Shown here: one piece after another, positions 43,178 to 51,429 of the stretch
Layout of the letters: every line of letters starts with the position of its first letter
Position numbering within the stretch: the first letter of the stretch is position 1
Source of the DNA: an uncultured Candidatus Actinomarina sp.
GTDB lineage: Bacteria; Actinomycetota; Acidimicrobiia; Actinomarinales; Actinomarinaceae
Assembly: GCA_902566515.1 (NCBI GenBank)
Contig: CACFIX010000002.1
Location: 19,566-83,565, forward strand
Direction: 5' to 3'
DNA: 64,000 nt
The notes under the pieces: model-generated
Told to the model about the DNA's origin: nothing
What the model saw: the letters and a program-made list of their open reading frames with translations, nothing else
The model's database searches: none
Program-made: the position numbers and the translations under genes

Positions 43178-43197
43178 CAGGAAGGTAATCTAGATAT

Positions 43198-43428
43198 ATG
43201 GATTATTTAATAGCGCTTTTAATTGGTCTTGTTGTTTTTAGATTTTTAAGAAATTCAATATCTTCATTAGCAAGCATTCCTCCAGAGCTTGATACAGATG
43301 ATGTTGTTGAAATTTCACAATCATTCAGTTGTAACAAGTGTGGTACACAACTTACTATCAACAGACAATCCGTTGTTGCTAATGAACCCCCTAAGCACTG
43401 CAAGGAAGAGATGCATCCACTTGATTAA
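43198..43428 (+). CDS. small membrane-anchored zinc-ribbon-like protein
   Basis: N-terminal TM segment 'YLIALLIGLVVF', then 'CNKCGTQL...PKHCKEEMH' (a CxxC ... HC pair). No family recognised. Confidence 0.4.
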   Translation: MDYLIALLIGLVVFRFLRNSISSLASIPPELDTDDVVEISQSFSCNKCGTQLTINRQSVVANEPPKHCKEEMHPLD

Positions 43429-43441
43429 TAATTCTTAACGA

Positions 43442-43696
43442 TTAGGTATAGTTTGTGGTCATTAAGAAACCACCACCAATTAAAGCTAAACCACTCCACA
43501 AATACCATTTCGATACTGAACCAGGCAAAAGTGTTAGGTAATTAAAAACTATCAACAATACTCCAATAATCATTAATGAAGACATGGTTACAACATACCA
43601 TCTTGGAGAAGGCCCTTTCCCCGAAGACATTTGAGTTGATATATTTTTTGATTGAGTAGGCCTGTTATTTTTCGTTCTTTTTTTTGATACTGGCAT
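43442..43696 (-). CDS. crgA: cell division protein CrgA
   Basis: Basic N-terminus, 'SPRWYVVTMSSLMIIGVLLIVFNY' and a second TM segment 'WYLWSGLALIGGGFLMTTNY'. This is the typical actinobacterial CrgA layout, and it lies near pknB. Confidence 0.75.
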   Translation of the reverse strand: MPVSKKRTKNNRPTQSKNISTQMSSGKGPSPRWYVVTMSSLMIIGVLLIVFNYLTLLPGSVSKWYLWSGLALIGGGFLMTTNYT

Positions 43697-43712
43697 AATT
43701 TACAACTTAATA

Positions 43713-44546
43713 TCAACCAGGATTTATTTCAACAAGATTATTTGTATTCAACTTTACTAAACCATCATTTTGCATCTTTTCTAATACTTCACTCAGTCTA
43801 TCTTGATCGGTATCCAGTTCCTGTTGTATCGTTTTGACCTTCAAATTTCCTTTTTTTAGAAGCAATTTAACCAGGTTGCCTCTAAGTTCTCTATTAGATC
43901 CTGAAAACTTTTCTTTAGGCTTTGTTTCATAATTAAAATATTTTTCACAGGTGTTTTCGAGTGGACAATCTGAACACAATGGACTTCGAGGCTTACAAAT
44001 ACTACTTCCAAAATCCATGAAAGCTTGATTTAAATTTCTCGAATTAGTATTTTTTAAAAGTAAAGATGAAAAACGATCAATATATTTCTTTGAATTTTCA
44101 ATACCAAAATATCTAGAAATAATTCGTTTAACATTTATATCTTCAGTTATTACTTGTTCATTGTATGCAAAAGACAATATTGCATTTTCTGTGTAAGGTC
44201 CAACACCTGGTAATTGTTGAAAGTCAGGATATAAATCGTCAAAAGATTTCTCAGCTATTATTTTTGATGACTCAAACATTCTTTTGGCCCTGCTGTTATA
44301 ACCTAAACCTGACCACATCTTTAAGACCTTTTTAAAAGAAGAAGTAGCCATATCATTTGGAGTAGGAAATTCTTTTATAAATTTCTTAAAATACTTATCC
44401 GCCCTATCTAACTGAGTTTGTTGAGAGATTACTTCAAGTAAGTAAATACTCCAAGGGTCAGAATTTTTTCTCCATGCATATTCTCTTTTATTATCTTTGT
44501 ACCAATGTAAAAGTACATTTTTGAAATTTTTAGTTTTAACTTCCAA
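43713..44546 (-). CDS. MutY/Nth-family HhH-GPD DNA glycosylase (MutY-like, no NUDIX-like C-terminal domain)
   Basis: 'LLHWYKDNKREYAWR', 'LLEVISQQTQ' (catalytic Glu), 'LPGVGPYT', 'DINVKRI', and Fe-S loop 'CKPRSPLCSDCPLENTC'. Only 277 aa. Confidence 0.75.
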   Translation of the reverse strand: MEVKTKNFKNVLLHWYKDNKREYAWRKNSDPWSIYLLEVISQQTQLDRADKYFKKFIKEFPTPNDMATSSFKKVLKMWSGLGYNSRAKRMFESSKIIAEKSFDDLYPDFQQLPGVGPYTENAILSFAYNEQVITEDINVKRIISRYFGIENSKKYIDRFSSLLLKNTNSRNLNQAFMDFGSSICKPRSPLCSDCPLENTCEKYFNYETKPKEKFSGSNRELRGNLVKLLLKKGNLKVKTIQQELDTDQDRLSEVLEKMQNDGLVKLNTNNLVEINPG

Positions 44547-46305
44547 AACTTAATTCAACAAACCCTTCAGGATCAATAAACTCACCTTCTCTTGGATTTT
44601 GCTCACTTACTCTTCCTCCAGTATCCCCACTTGCTGAAGGCAAGAGGCCTATTTCCTGCAATATATTAGATGCCTCTTGATAAGTAAATCCAATTAAGTT
44701 TGGTACCTCAACTTTAAGCCCAATGGAAACTATTACTTGAATTACTTGATCAATTGTTACTAGTTCACCTGCACGTGGAATTGTGTGTGATACAAGCCCC
44801 ACAGAAACATCCTCAGAGTATTCTTCTATAAACTCATATTCAAATCCAAGTGTTTCAAGAATTTGGATAGCATCAACTATAGACTTTCTTGATAGATCGC
44901 TTATTTCAATTAAGCTTGGTCCAGCTGAAATAACTAAATCTACTGTTGAGTCAGGACTCATTTTTGTTCCAGCAATTGGGTTTTGAGAAATAATAAATCC
45001 TCGAGGAATATTATCATCGTTTATTTCTAGTCGCTGTCCCACCTGAAAGCCGCTTTCATTAATAACATAAACTCCTCTTGCTACTTCAAGATCTACAACG
45101 TAAGGAACAGGGAATGCTTCAGGACCTACCGAAACAATAATAGTAACTAATGTATCAGGATTAGTAATAGTGTTTGCAGGAGGCTGTGTTGTAATTACAA
45201 AATTAGCAGGTACTGAAGAGTCAGCAGCATTTTCAATTCCCACAATAAACCCAAGTGACTGTAAATCATTGAGTGCCTGCGCTTGTTCACTTCCAGTTAA
45301 GTCAGGTATCTCAACTAACGTTGGTGCTCCACCATCAACAGGAAGACCATCAAAAACATTTGATAATGCCCATACAGTTCCAAATACAAGTGCTACTGAT
45401 ATTACTAACGCAGGCAGAGTAAATCTAAATTTTATTTTTGGGTTAGTTAAATCAATTAGATTTTCTTGAGTTTGGTTAATTTGTATTTGTTTCCTTTGTT
45501 GTAACAGTAAAGCTCTTAAATCTTCAGCGGACTTAAATCTATCGGAGGGCCTTTTTTCAAGAAGTTTTAATACTGCATTTTCTAGTGCTTTTGGTATGTC
45601 TTTTCTGTAATTTGATAATTTTTCTGGCTTATCAGTCAAGTGTTTTGTAGCAGTAGCAATCGGTGAATCACCAGTAAATGGTGGTTTTCCAGCTATTAGC
45701 TCATAAAGTACCGTACCAAGAGAATACAAATCTGATTCAAATGAAACTGGTTTACCTTGTGCTTGTTCAGGAGAGATATAGCTTGCTGTTCCAAGTACAG
45801 CTCCAGTTTTAGTGATATCACTCTCTTCATTTTGCAATGAAACTATGCCGAAATCTGTAACTTTAACTTTACCGTCTGGAGTAATCATTATATTTCCTGG
45901 CTTAATATCTCTATGAACCAAACCATGCTTATGCGCCTCTTTAAGACCATTAGCAACTTGTGATCCGATATACAAAATATCATTTAATCCGACAGTTCTG
46001 TTACCAGAGATTATGGAAGTTAAAGTCTTGCCTTCTATGTATTCCATTACAAAATATGGTTCATCTTCAATTCCCCAATCAAATATCTGGACTATATTTG
46101 GGTGGTTTAAATTAGCAGCTGTTTGGGCTTCACGTCTGAAACGATCAACAAATTTTTCCTGATTAACATAATTTGGTTTCAGTGTCTTGATTGCTACATC
46201 TCTTTGAAGTTGTTTGTCTCTTGCTTTATAGACAAAAGCCATTCCGCCCTCACCTAGGATTTCTACTATCTCATATCGCTCTTTTATAATTTGTCCAATT
46301 TTCAT
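44536..46305 (-). CDS. pknB: Ser/Thr protein kinase PknB with four PASTA domains
   Basis: 'LGEGGMAFVYKA', 'VAIK', 'HRDIKPGN', 'DFG', 'SPEQ', one TM segment, then four PASTA-like repeats. ATG 46305 is preferred (TTG 46311 in the ORF track). Confidence 0.9.
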   Translation of the reverse strand: MKIGQIIKERYEIVEILGEGGMAFVYKARDKQLQRDVAIKTLKPNYVNQEKFVDRFRREAQTAANLNHPNIVQIFDWGIEDEPYFVMEYIEGKTLTSIISGNRTVGLNDILYIGSQVANGLKEAHKHGLVHRDIKPGNIMITPDGKVKVTDFGIVSLQNEESDITKTGAVLGTASYISPEQAQGKPVSFESDLYSLGTVLYELIAGKPPFTGDSPIATATKHLTDKPEKLSNYRKDIPKALENAVLKLLEKRPSDRFKSAEDLRALLLQQRKQIQINQTQENLIDLTNPKIKFRFTLPALVISVALVFGTVWALSNVFDGLPVDGGAPTLVEIPDLTGSEQAQALNDLQSLGFIVGIENAADSSVPANFVITTQPPANTITNPDTLVTIIVSVGPEAFPVPYVVDLEVARGVYVINESGFQVGQRLEINDDNIPRGFIISQNPIAGTKMSPDSTVDLVISAGPSLIEISDLSRKSIVDAIQILETLGFEYEFIEEYSEDVSVGLVSHTIPRAGELVTIDQVIQVIVSIGLKVEVPNLIGFTYQEASNILQEIGLLPSASGDTGGRVSEQNPREGEFIDPEGFVELSFGS

Positions 46306-46307
46306 AA

Positions 46308-46961
46308 TCAAATCACATTTATTATTATTGCTGATATATTATCTTTTGGGTTTTGTAAAAGAACTTCACTAATGAGGGATTCAGCAGTAACCCCATCCAT
46401 TAATTTATTCTTTAGGTATTCATCACCTATTTCGTTATAAACTCCATCTGTACATAAAAACACCACGTCACCACTTGTGAGCTGAAAATCTTTAGTTTGA
46501 ATCTTTAGTCTTTCTTTACTACCTAAAGCCTGTGTAAGTACATTTTGATAACCCGGGACATTTTCATCTTTAGTGAGCTGTATTAAATTTCTATTACTTA
46601 GGACATAACACCTACTGTCTCCAACATGTGCAAGGTGGAGTACTTTTTCCTGATCAATTTCCACAATAGTCATTGTTGTACCCATTCCAGTTGCTTCAGA
46701 GTATTCATTTTGATAATCCAGAATGTTTTTATTAGCTAAATTTACATAATCAGTGATATCTATGAAACTATAATCCATTACCTCAGAAGCTATGAGACTA
46801 GCAACTTCACCTTTTTTATGGCCACCCATCCCATCAAATATTCCAGCTTTTATTGGTAAGCTTGAAGAGCCTGAATTATTGGGGTATATAGCATCCTCGT
46901 TTTTTTCTCTAATTGGACCGCATTCAGTTTTTACTGTCCATATCGCTTTGCTATTTTTCAT
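46308..46961 (-). CDS. pstP: PP2C-family Ser/Thr phosphatase (PstP-like, soluble)
   Basis: 'REKNEDA', 'IFDGMGGHKKGEVAS', 'GMGTTMT', 'VGDSRCY', 'LCTDGV'. No TM or extracellular part. Confidence 0.85.
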   Translation of the reverse strand: MKNSKAIWTVKTECGPIREKNEDAIYPNNSGSSSLPIKAGIFDGMGGHKKGEVASLIASEVMDYSFIDITDYVNLANKNILDYQNEYSEATGMGTTMTIVEIDQEKVLHLAHVGDSRCYVLSNRNLIQLTKDENVPGYQNVLTQALGSKERLKIQTKDFQLTSGDVVFLCTDGVYNEIGDEYLKNKLMDGVTAESLISEVLLQNPKDNISAIIINVI

Positions 46962-47053
46962 TTAGTAATAATGATAGTTGTGAAATGTATTTGTTTTCTT
47001 AGACTTAATAAAGAAGTACAATACTGTTCGTAAATACAAAAAGATCAGCGCAA

Positions 47054-48037
47054 ATGAGAAATAACATATTTAAAATAGCAGGATTAACAATAACAATCGC
47101 TTTTCTCTCATATGTTTTACTTACTTACTTTGATGAATTAAACCAAGCTGAAGAGTTTAATCAATTTTTGTCAGACGCAGCAACTATATCTGAAATACAC
47201 AATTCAAATTCAACAAACTTTAAAGATCTTCTCGACTTTTCAGAAGTTAGTAGAGAAAGATTTGAAAATAACATTAATAATATTCGTACAAACTCGCAAG
47301 AAGCATACCAACTTTTAAACTCAAGCAACACTGGATATACATCCAAGGAAAAGCAACTATTAGAAATAGCTGTCAATAGTTGGTTGGAGGGAATAGAATT
47401 ATTCGAAGTTTCAATTATTACACTTATTGATAATCCAAACTCTGTTAACATAGAGGAATCAATAGCACAAAGTATCATTGATCTTTCTATTGGTGATGAA
47501 GCATATTCTGAATTTCTATTTCTTTTAAAACAGAATGCTTCAATCGACGGAACTTTTTTACCAAATTTTTACCAAATTGAATATATAGGAATTGAAGATA
47601 ATTCATATCAATTTGCAGACTTACTCGTAGATAAAGCAAAAAGAAGTACAGGTGGTTTATTTTTACAGAAAAATCTTGCTGTTGCTGGAACTGAATTTGT
47701 TCCAATGCCAATTGCTTTTACGGAAGACGATGTAGCCGTTCTTCTTGACGAACCGGCTTCCCTTCAAGTTGTCATCTCAAATGAAGGAAATATTTATTCT
47801 TACGATATAGTGGTATTAATTTTAGTTACAGATGAGTTCGGTGATACTGTATATGAATCTCAGAATAAAATTAGTTCAATAGGACCCAAAGAAAGCAAAA
47901 TTTTTCTTACTGACCCCATTAATATAGAAAAAGGTATTCAACACGAATGGTTTATAAAAATTGAAGAAATTGAAGACGAAGAAGAACTCACAGACAACTT
48001 GTTGTCAGTTTATGGTTTCATACCACCAGAAAGTTAA
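47054..48037 (+). CDS. membrane-anchored hypothetical protein
   Basis: N-terminal TM segment 'IFKIAGLTITIAFLSYVLLTYF', a helical region, then a beta-rich (Ig/CARDB-like?) C-terminus. No family recognised. Confidence 0.5.
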   Translation: MRNNIFKIAGLTITIAFLSYVLLTYFDELNQAEEFNQFLSDAATISEIHNSNSTNFKDLLDFSEVSRERFENNINNIRTNSQEAYQLLNSSNTGYTSKEKQLLEIAVNSWLEGIELFEVSIITLIDNPNSVNIEESIAQSIIDLSIGDEAYSEFLFLLKQNASIDGTFLPNFYQIEYIGIEDNSYQFADLLVDKAKRSTGGLFLQKNLAVAGTEFVPMPIAFTEDDVAVLLDEPASLQVVISNEGNIYSYDIVVLILVTDEFGDTVYESQNKISSIGPKESKIFLTDPINIEKGIQHEWFIKIEEIEDEEELTDNLLSVYGFIPPES

Positions 48038-48040
48038 TTT

Positions 48041-48295
48041 ATGCTAGATCCTCTTATGCTTAAAAATGATTTTGATTCTCTGAGAGATAATCTAAAAAGA
48101 AGAAATCTTGACTTTGACCTAGAACAATTAATCGAACTTGATGAATCTAGAAGAAAACTAAGGTTTGAAGCAGAAAAATTAAGAGCAAAGCAGAAATCAA
48201 TAGGTAAAGATATTGCGAATGCAGAACCAAAAGAAAAAGAAGCACTACTGGAAAAAGCTTCACAAATTAGTGAAAATGTAAAAAAAACTCTTTGA
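48041..48295 (+). CDS. serS: seryl-tRNA synthetase, N-terminal coiled-coil fragment (frame broken in an A8 run)
   Basis: 'MLDPLMLKNDFDSLRDNLKRRNLD...' is the typical SerS N-terminal arm. It ends 3 codons after the A8 run at 48280-48287. Confidence 0.85.
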   Translation: MLDPLMLKNDFDSLRDNLKRRNLDFDLEQLIELDESRRKLRFEAEKLRAKQKSIGKDIANAEPKEKEALLEKASQISENVKKTL

Positions 48296-48410
48296 TGAGG
48301 TAGAGGAAAAAGATAAAGTTTTTTATGACTTATGGATAAAAATTCCAAATTTAATCTCATCGACATCTCCTGATGGTAAAACGGATAAAGACAATGCGGA
48401 AATAAAACAA

Positions 48411-49292
48411 GTGGGTGACATAAAAAATATAGATAATCCTAAAGATCACTTAGAGATTGCAGAAAAATTAGGCTTAATTGATGTTCAAAAAGCATCTGAA
48501 GTATCTGGTTCACGTTTTTCTTACTTGTTTGGTGATTTAGTAAAAATTGAATTCAATCTTGTTTCTTGGGCTTTAGATTTTCTCTCAAACAAAGGCTTCA
48601 CACCTACTGTGCCACCAGTGTTAGTAAGAGAAAATGCATTATATGGAACTGGATTTTTTCCTGATGATGCTGAGCAAGTGTATGAAATTCCAAATGATGA
48701 TTTATATTTAGTCGGAACTTCAGAAGTACCATTGGCAGCTTTGCATAGCGATGAGATTTTAGACATAGAAGATTTACCAATTAGATATGCGGGATTTTCT
48801 ACATGTTTTAGACGTGAAGCCGGAACATATGGAAAAGATACAACAGGAATATTTAGAGTACATCAATTCGACAAAGTTGAGATGTTTTCCTTCTGTAATC
48901 CTGAAAAATCTGAAGAGGAACATAAATTTATTCTTTCAATCGAAGAAGAACTCTTACAGTTTTTGGAGATTCCATATAGAGTTGTAGATGTTTGCGCAGG
49001 AGACTTAGGCGCTTCTGCTGCTAAAAAATACGACATTGAAGCGTGGATACCAAGTCAAAACACATACAGAGAGGTTACTTCTTGTTCCAACACAACAAGC
49101 TTTCAAGCAAGAAGGCTTAACATAAGAGCAAAATCAGATGGAGAAACAAATATATTACATACTCTAAATGGGACCGCCATTGCAGTGGGAAGAATTTTAA
49201 TTGCCTTAATTGAAAATAACCAAACTGAAGATGGTAAAGTCGAGTTCTCTGATACAGTTGCAGAAATTATTGGCGTTAAAAACTTAGGCTAA
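48411..49292 (+). CDS. serS: seryl-tRNA synthetase, catalytic fragment (the open frame actually starts at 48282)
   Basis: Class II motifs 'FPDDAEQVYE', 'YAGFSTCFRREAG', 'HQFDKVEMF', 'GTAIAVGRILIALIEN'. The +1 frame from 48288 reads LFDEVEEKDKVFYDLWIKIPNLISSTSPDGKTDKDNAEIKQVGD, which is the missing SerS linker. Confidence 0.9.
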   Translation: MGDIKNIDNPKDHLEIAEKLGLIDVQKASEVSGSRFSYLFGDLVKIEFNLVSWALDFLSNKGFTPTVPPVLVRENALYGTGFFPDDAEQVYEIPNDDLYLVGTSEVPLAALHSDEILDIEDLPIRYAGFSTCFRREAGTYGKDTTGIFRVHQFDKVEMFSFCNPEKSEEEHKFILSIEEELLQFLEIPYRVVDVCAGDLGASAAKKYDIEAWIPSQNTYREVTSCSNTTSFQARRLNIRAKSDGETNILHTLNGTAIAVGRILIALIENNQTEDGKVEFSDTVAEIIGVKNLG

Positions 49293-49838
49293 TAACAAGC
49301 TAGCAATCATGCTTATGCCAAGCGTTACATAAGCTGCACGAGCCACTTTCTTATTTTTTTTCAAACTATTTTGAAGCTGCTCTCCAAGTATTAACCATAT
49401 TCCTACACAAAAAGGTAAAACTAAAAAATATATCAGCGCCCCCTGATTATTTGTAATATTGAATGCCGTAAGACCAGACACAGCCATAACAACACCTTTA
49501 GGGTTTATCCATTGGAAAAGACAAGCCTGTATAAAGGTAAAAGGCTTCTCTACTGCAGAACCTTTTACATTTGTATCTAGCGAAGTAGTGGCAACCCTGT
49601 ATGCGATATATGTAATAACCGCGTAACCAACATATTGAAGATAATTAAATATTTCAACTGGTACATAGGTAAGTAAAAAACCACCTACAAAAAATAAAAA
49701 AGTGAATCCTAACCAAATCCCAAGAAAGTGAGGTATCGATGCTTTTCTTCCAAATTTTATTCCAGAGGCCATCAACAAAGAATTGTTTGGCCCAGGAGTA
49801 ATTGCAGTTACAAATGCAAAAATGAAAAACTCAAACAT
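49284..49838 (-). CDS. LysE/RhtB family amino-acid exporter
   Basis: 'FVTAITPGPNNSLLMASG' N-terminal signature with 5-6 TM segments. Confidence 0.8.
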   Translation of the reverse strand: MFEFFIFAFVTAITPGPNNSLLMASGIKFGRKASIPHFLGIWLGFTFLFFVGGFLLTYVPVEIFNYLQYVGYAVITYIAYRVATTSLDTNVKGSAVEKPFTFIQACLFQWINPKGVVMAVSGLTAFNITNNQGALIYFLVLPFCVGIWLILGEQLQNSLKKNKKVARAAYVTLGISMIASLLLA

Positions 49839-49878
49839 TTGGTTATATTAACATCAACAATTGAGATAATTAAATAAG

Positions 49879-50337
49879 ATGAAATATATATCAGATGAAG
49901 ACAAGATGAGAGTTGCTCTTGATGAAGCTAAAAAAGCTCTCGATATTGATGAAGTTCCTGTAGGTGCAGCAATATTTGATAAAGAAGATAACTTAATTTG
50001 TGCAAATCACAATAGAAGAGAATTAGACCAAAACCCAATGTCTCATGCAGAAATTTTAGTTTTAGAAGAAGCTTCGCAAATTTTAGGTACTTGGAGACTT
50101 GAAGAGACAACAATAGCTGTAACTTTAGAACCAGACCCTATGTGTGCTGGCGCTATTTCGTTATCTAGAGTTAAAAAATTAATATATGGAGCCCAAAATG
50201 AAAAAGCGGGTGCAGCATTTTCGTTGTACAACATACCTCAAGACCCCAGGTTAAATCACTTTGTTGAGATAAAAGATAATATTCTTTCGCATGAATCTAA
50301 AGATATATTATCCTCTTTCTTTGAAACTAAGAGATAA
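49879..50337 (+). CDS. tadA: tRNA adenosine(34) deaminase TadA (variant zinc motif PDPMC)
   Basis: 'HAEILVLEEA' and 'TLEPDPMCAGAI' align with the canonical HAE ... TLEPCxMCAGA. Confidence 0.85.
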   Translation: MKYISDEDKMRVALDEAKKALDIDEVPVGAAIFDKEDNLICANHNRRELDQNPMSHAEILVLEEASQILGTWRLEETTIAVTLEPDPMCAGAISLSRVKKLIYGAQNEKAGAAFSLYNIPQDPRLNHFVEIKDNILSHESKDILSSFFETKR

Positions 50338-50362
50338 CTAAAATAGAATCTCAGGTTTATTC

Positions 50363-50451
50363 GGAGGGATCGCATAGTCTGGCCTAGTGCGCACGCTTGG
50401 AAAGCGTGTAAGGGTTTATCCCCTTCGAGGGTTCGAATCCCTCTCCCTCCG
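50363..50451 (+). tRNA. tRNA-Ser (anticodon GGA)
   Basis: GGAGGGA acceptor, anticodon arm CACGC-TTGGAAA-GCGTG, long variable arm, TTCGAATCC T-loop. Confidence 0.85.
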
Positions 50452-50465
50452 CGTAAAAACGATTT

Positions 50466-50551
50466 GGAGGGATGGCCGAGCGGACGAAGGCGATAGTCTT
50501 GAAAACTATTGTATGTATTCCATACCGTGGGTTCGAATCCCACTCCCTCCG
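50466..50551 (+). tRNA. tRNA-Ser (anticodon UGA)
   Basis: GGAGGGATGGCCGAGCGG..., anticodon arm ATAGT-CTTGAAA-ACTAT, long variable arm. Confidence 0.85.
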
Positions 50552-50558
50552 CTGACTT

Positions 50559-50645
50559 GGAGAGGTGACTGAGTGGCCTAAAGTGCTCGCCTGCTAAGCG
50601 AGTGGGGAAGAAATTCCCTCGAGGGTTCGAATCCCTCCCTCTCCG
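50559..50645 (+). tRNA. tRNA-Ser (anticodon GCU)
   Basis: GGAGAGGTGACTGAGTGG..., anticodon arm CTCGC-CTGCTAA-GCGAG, long variable arm. Confidence 0.85.
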
Positions 50646-50649
50646 CAAA

Positions 50650-50723
50650 GCGCCCGTAGCTTAACTGGATAGAGCATCTGACTACGGATCAGAAGGTTGG
50701 GGGTTCGACTCCCTCCGGGCGTG
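50650..50723 (+). tRNA. tRNA-Arg (anticodon ACG)
   Basis: GCGCCCGTAGCTTAACTGGATAGAGCATCTGACTACGGATCAGAAGGTTGGGGGTTCGACTCCCTCCGGGCGT, with anticodon loop CU-ACG-GA. Confidence 0.85.
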
Positions 50724-50740
50724 CTCTATATTTTATTAAA

Positions 50741-51406
50741 TTAGTAATTCCAGAGTGGTTCTTTTAAATTCCAATTAGTTTCATTGCCCCAAGTGTTTAG
50801 ATACGTAACTTCATCTACTGGATTTCTTTTAGCTACACCCCATTTGCCTAATGGATAACCCGCAGTTACAACTGCATCTATCTTCCAACCTTTATCACTT
50901 GGAATATTTAAGATTTTAAAAGCTTGTTGTGGTTTAAACATTCCTAGTACTGTTGTTAAGCAAGTGCCAACACCATGCGCTCTTCCTGCAAGCATTAAGC
51001 TCCAAATTGCTGGAAATATAGAAGAACCAGTTGGGTCGTTTCTTGATAACACTACAAACATTGCAGGAATTCTATGAAAATTTTCTGAAAGCCAGGTAGC
51101 AGATTTGGTAATTCTAACTACTTGCTCAGCTTTTTCATCATCAAGAACATTTGAGGCTCCCAAATCAGAAGTTCCACCATAAAATTCTTTAACATAAAAA
51201 TCCCAAGCTTCTCTGTATAAATCTCCAAGTTGGTTTTTTATTTCTGGATCAGTTACTACAATAAATTTCCAACCTTGACGATTAGAACCACTTGGAGCAC
51301 GAATACTAGCATCAATCATTTGTTTTAAAACATCGTCAGGGATTGGATCTTCACTAACTCTTCGCATTGCTCTTGTTGTATATAAAGCTTCGAATACATC
51401 CATCAA
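50741..51406 (-). CDS. nitroreductase family protein
   Basis: 'RAMRRVSEDPIPDDVLKQMIDASIRAPSGSNRQGWKFIVV' is a typical nitroreductase N-terminus. Confidence 0.8.
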   Translation of the reverse strand: MMDVFEALYTTRAMRRVSEDPIPDDVLKQMIDASIRAPSGSNRQGWKFIVVTDPEIKNQLGDLYREAWDFYVKEFYGGTSDLGASNVLDDEKAEQVVRITKSATWLSENFHRIPAMFVVLSRNDPTGSSIFPAIWSLMLAGRAHGVGTCLTTVLGMFKPQQAFKILNIPSDKGWKIDAVVTAGYPLGKWGVAKRNPVDEVTYLNTWGNETNWNLKEPLWNY

Positions 51407-51429
51407 ACAATCTTACTAAGATTAATTAA

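Noticed and set aside
41136-43197. I looked for an integrase, transposase or phage genes around the tRNA-Ile/tRNA-Ala pair, and for rRNA genes, since Ile and Ala tRNAs often sit in rRNA spacers.
   Set aside because: No tyrosine- or serine-recombinase motifs and no 16S/23S-like sequence are present. The two tRNAs are divergent, stand-alone genes.
48034-48366. 110-aa minus-strand ORF across the serS frameshift region. I considered it as an explanation for the split.
   Set aside because: It is antisense to both SerS fragments and Ser/Phe-rich. The +1 frame of the plus strand encodes the expected SerS linker perfectly.
50256-50648. 130-aa minus-strand ORF and 61-aa plus-strand ORF (50387-50572) that look like genes after tadA.
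   Set aside because: The region folds into four canonical tRNAs (Ser-GGA, Ser-UGA, Ser-GCU, Arg-ACG). The ORFs are read-throughs of GC-richer tRNA sequence.
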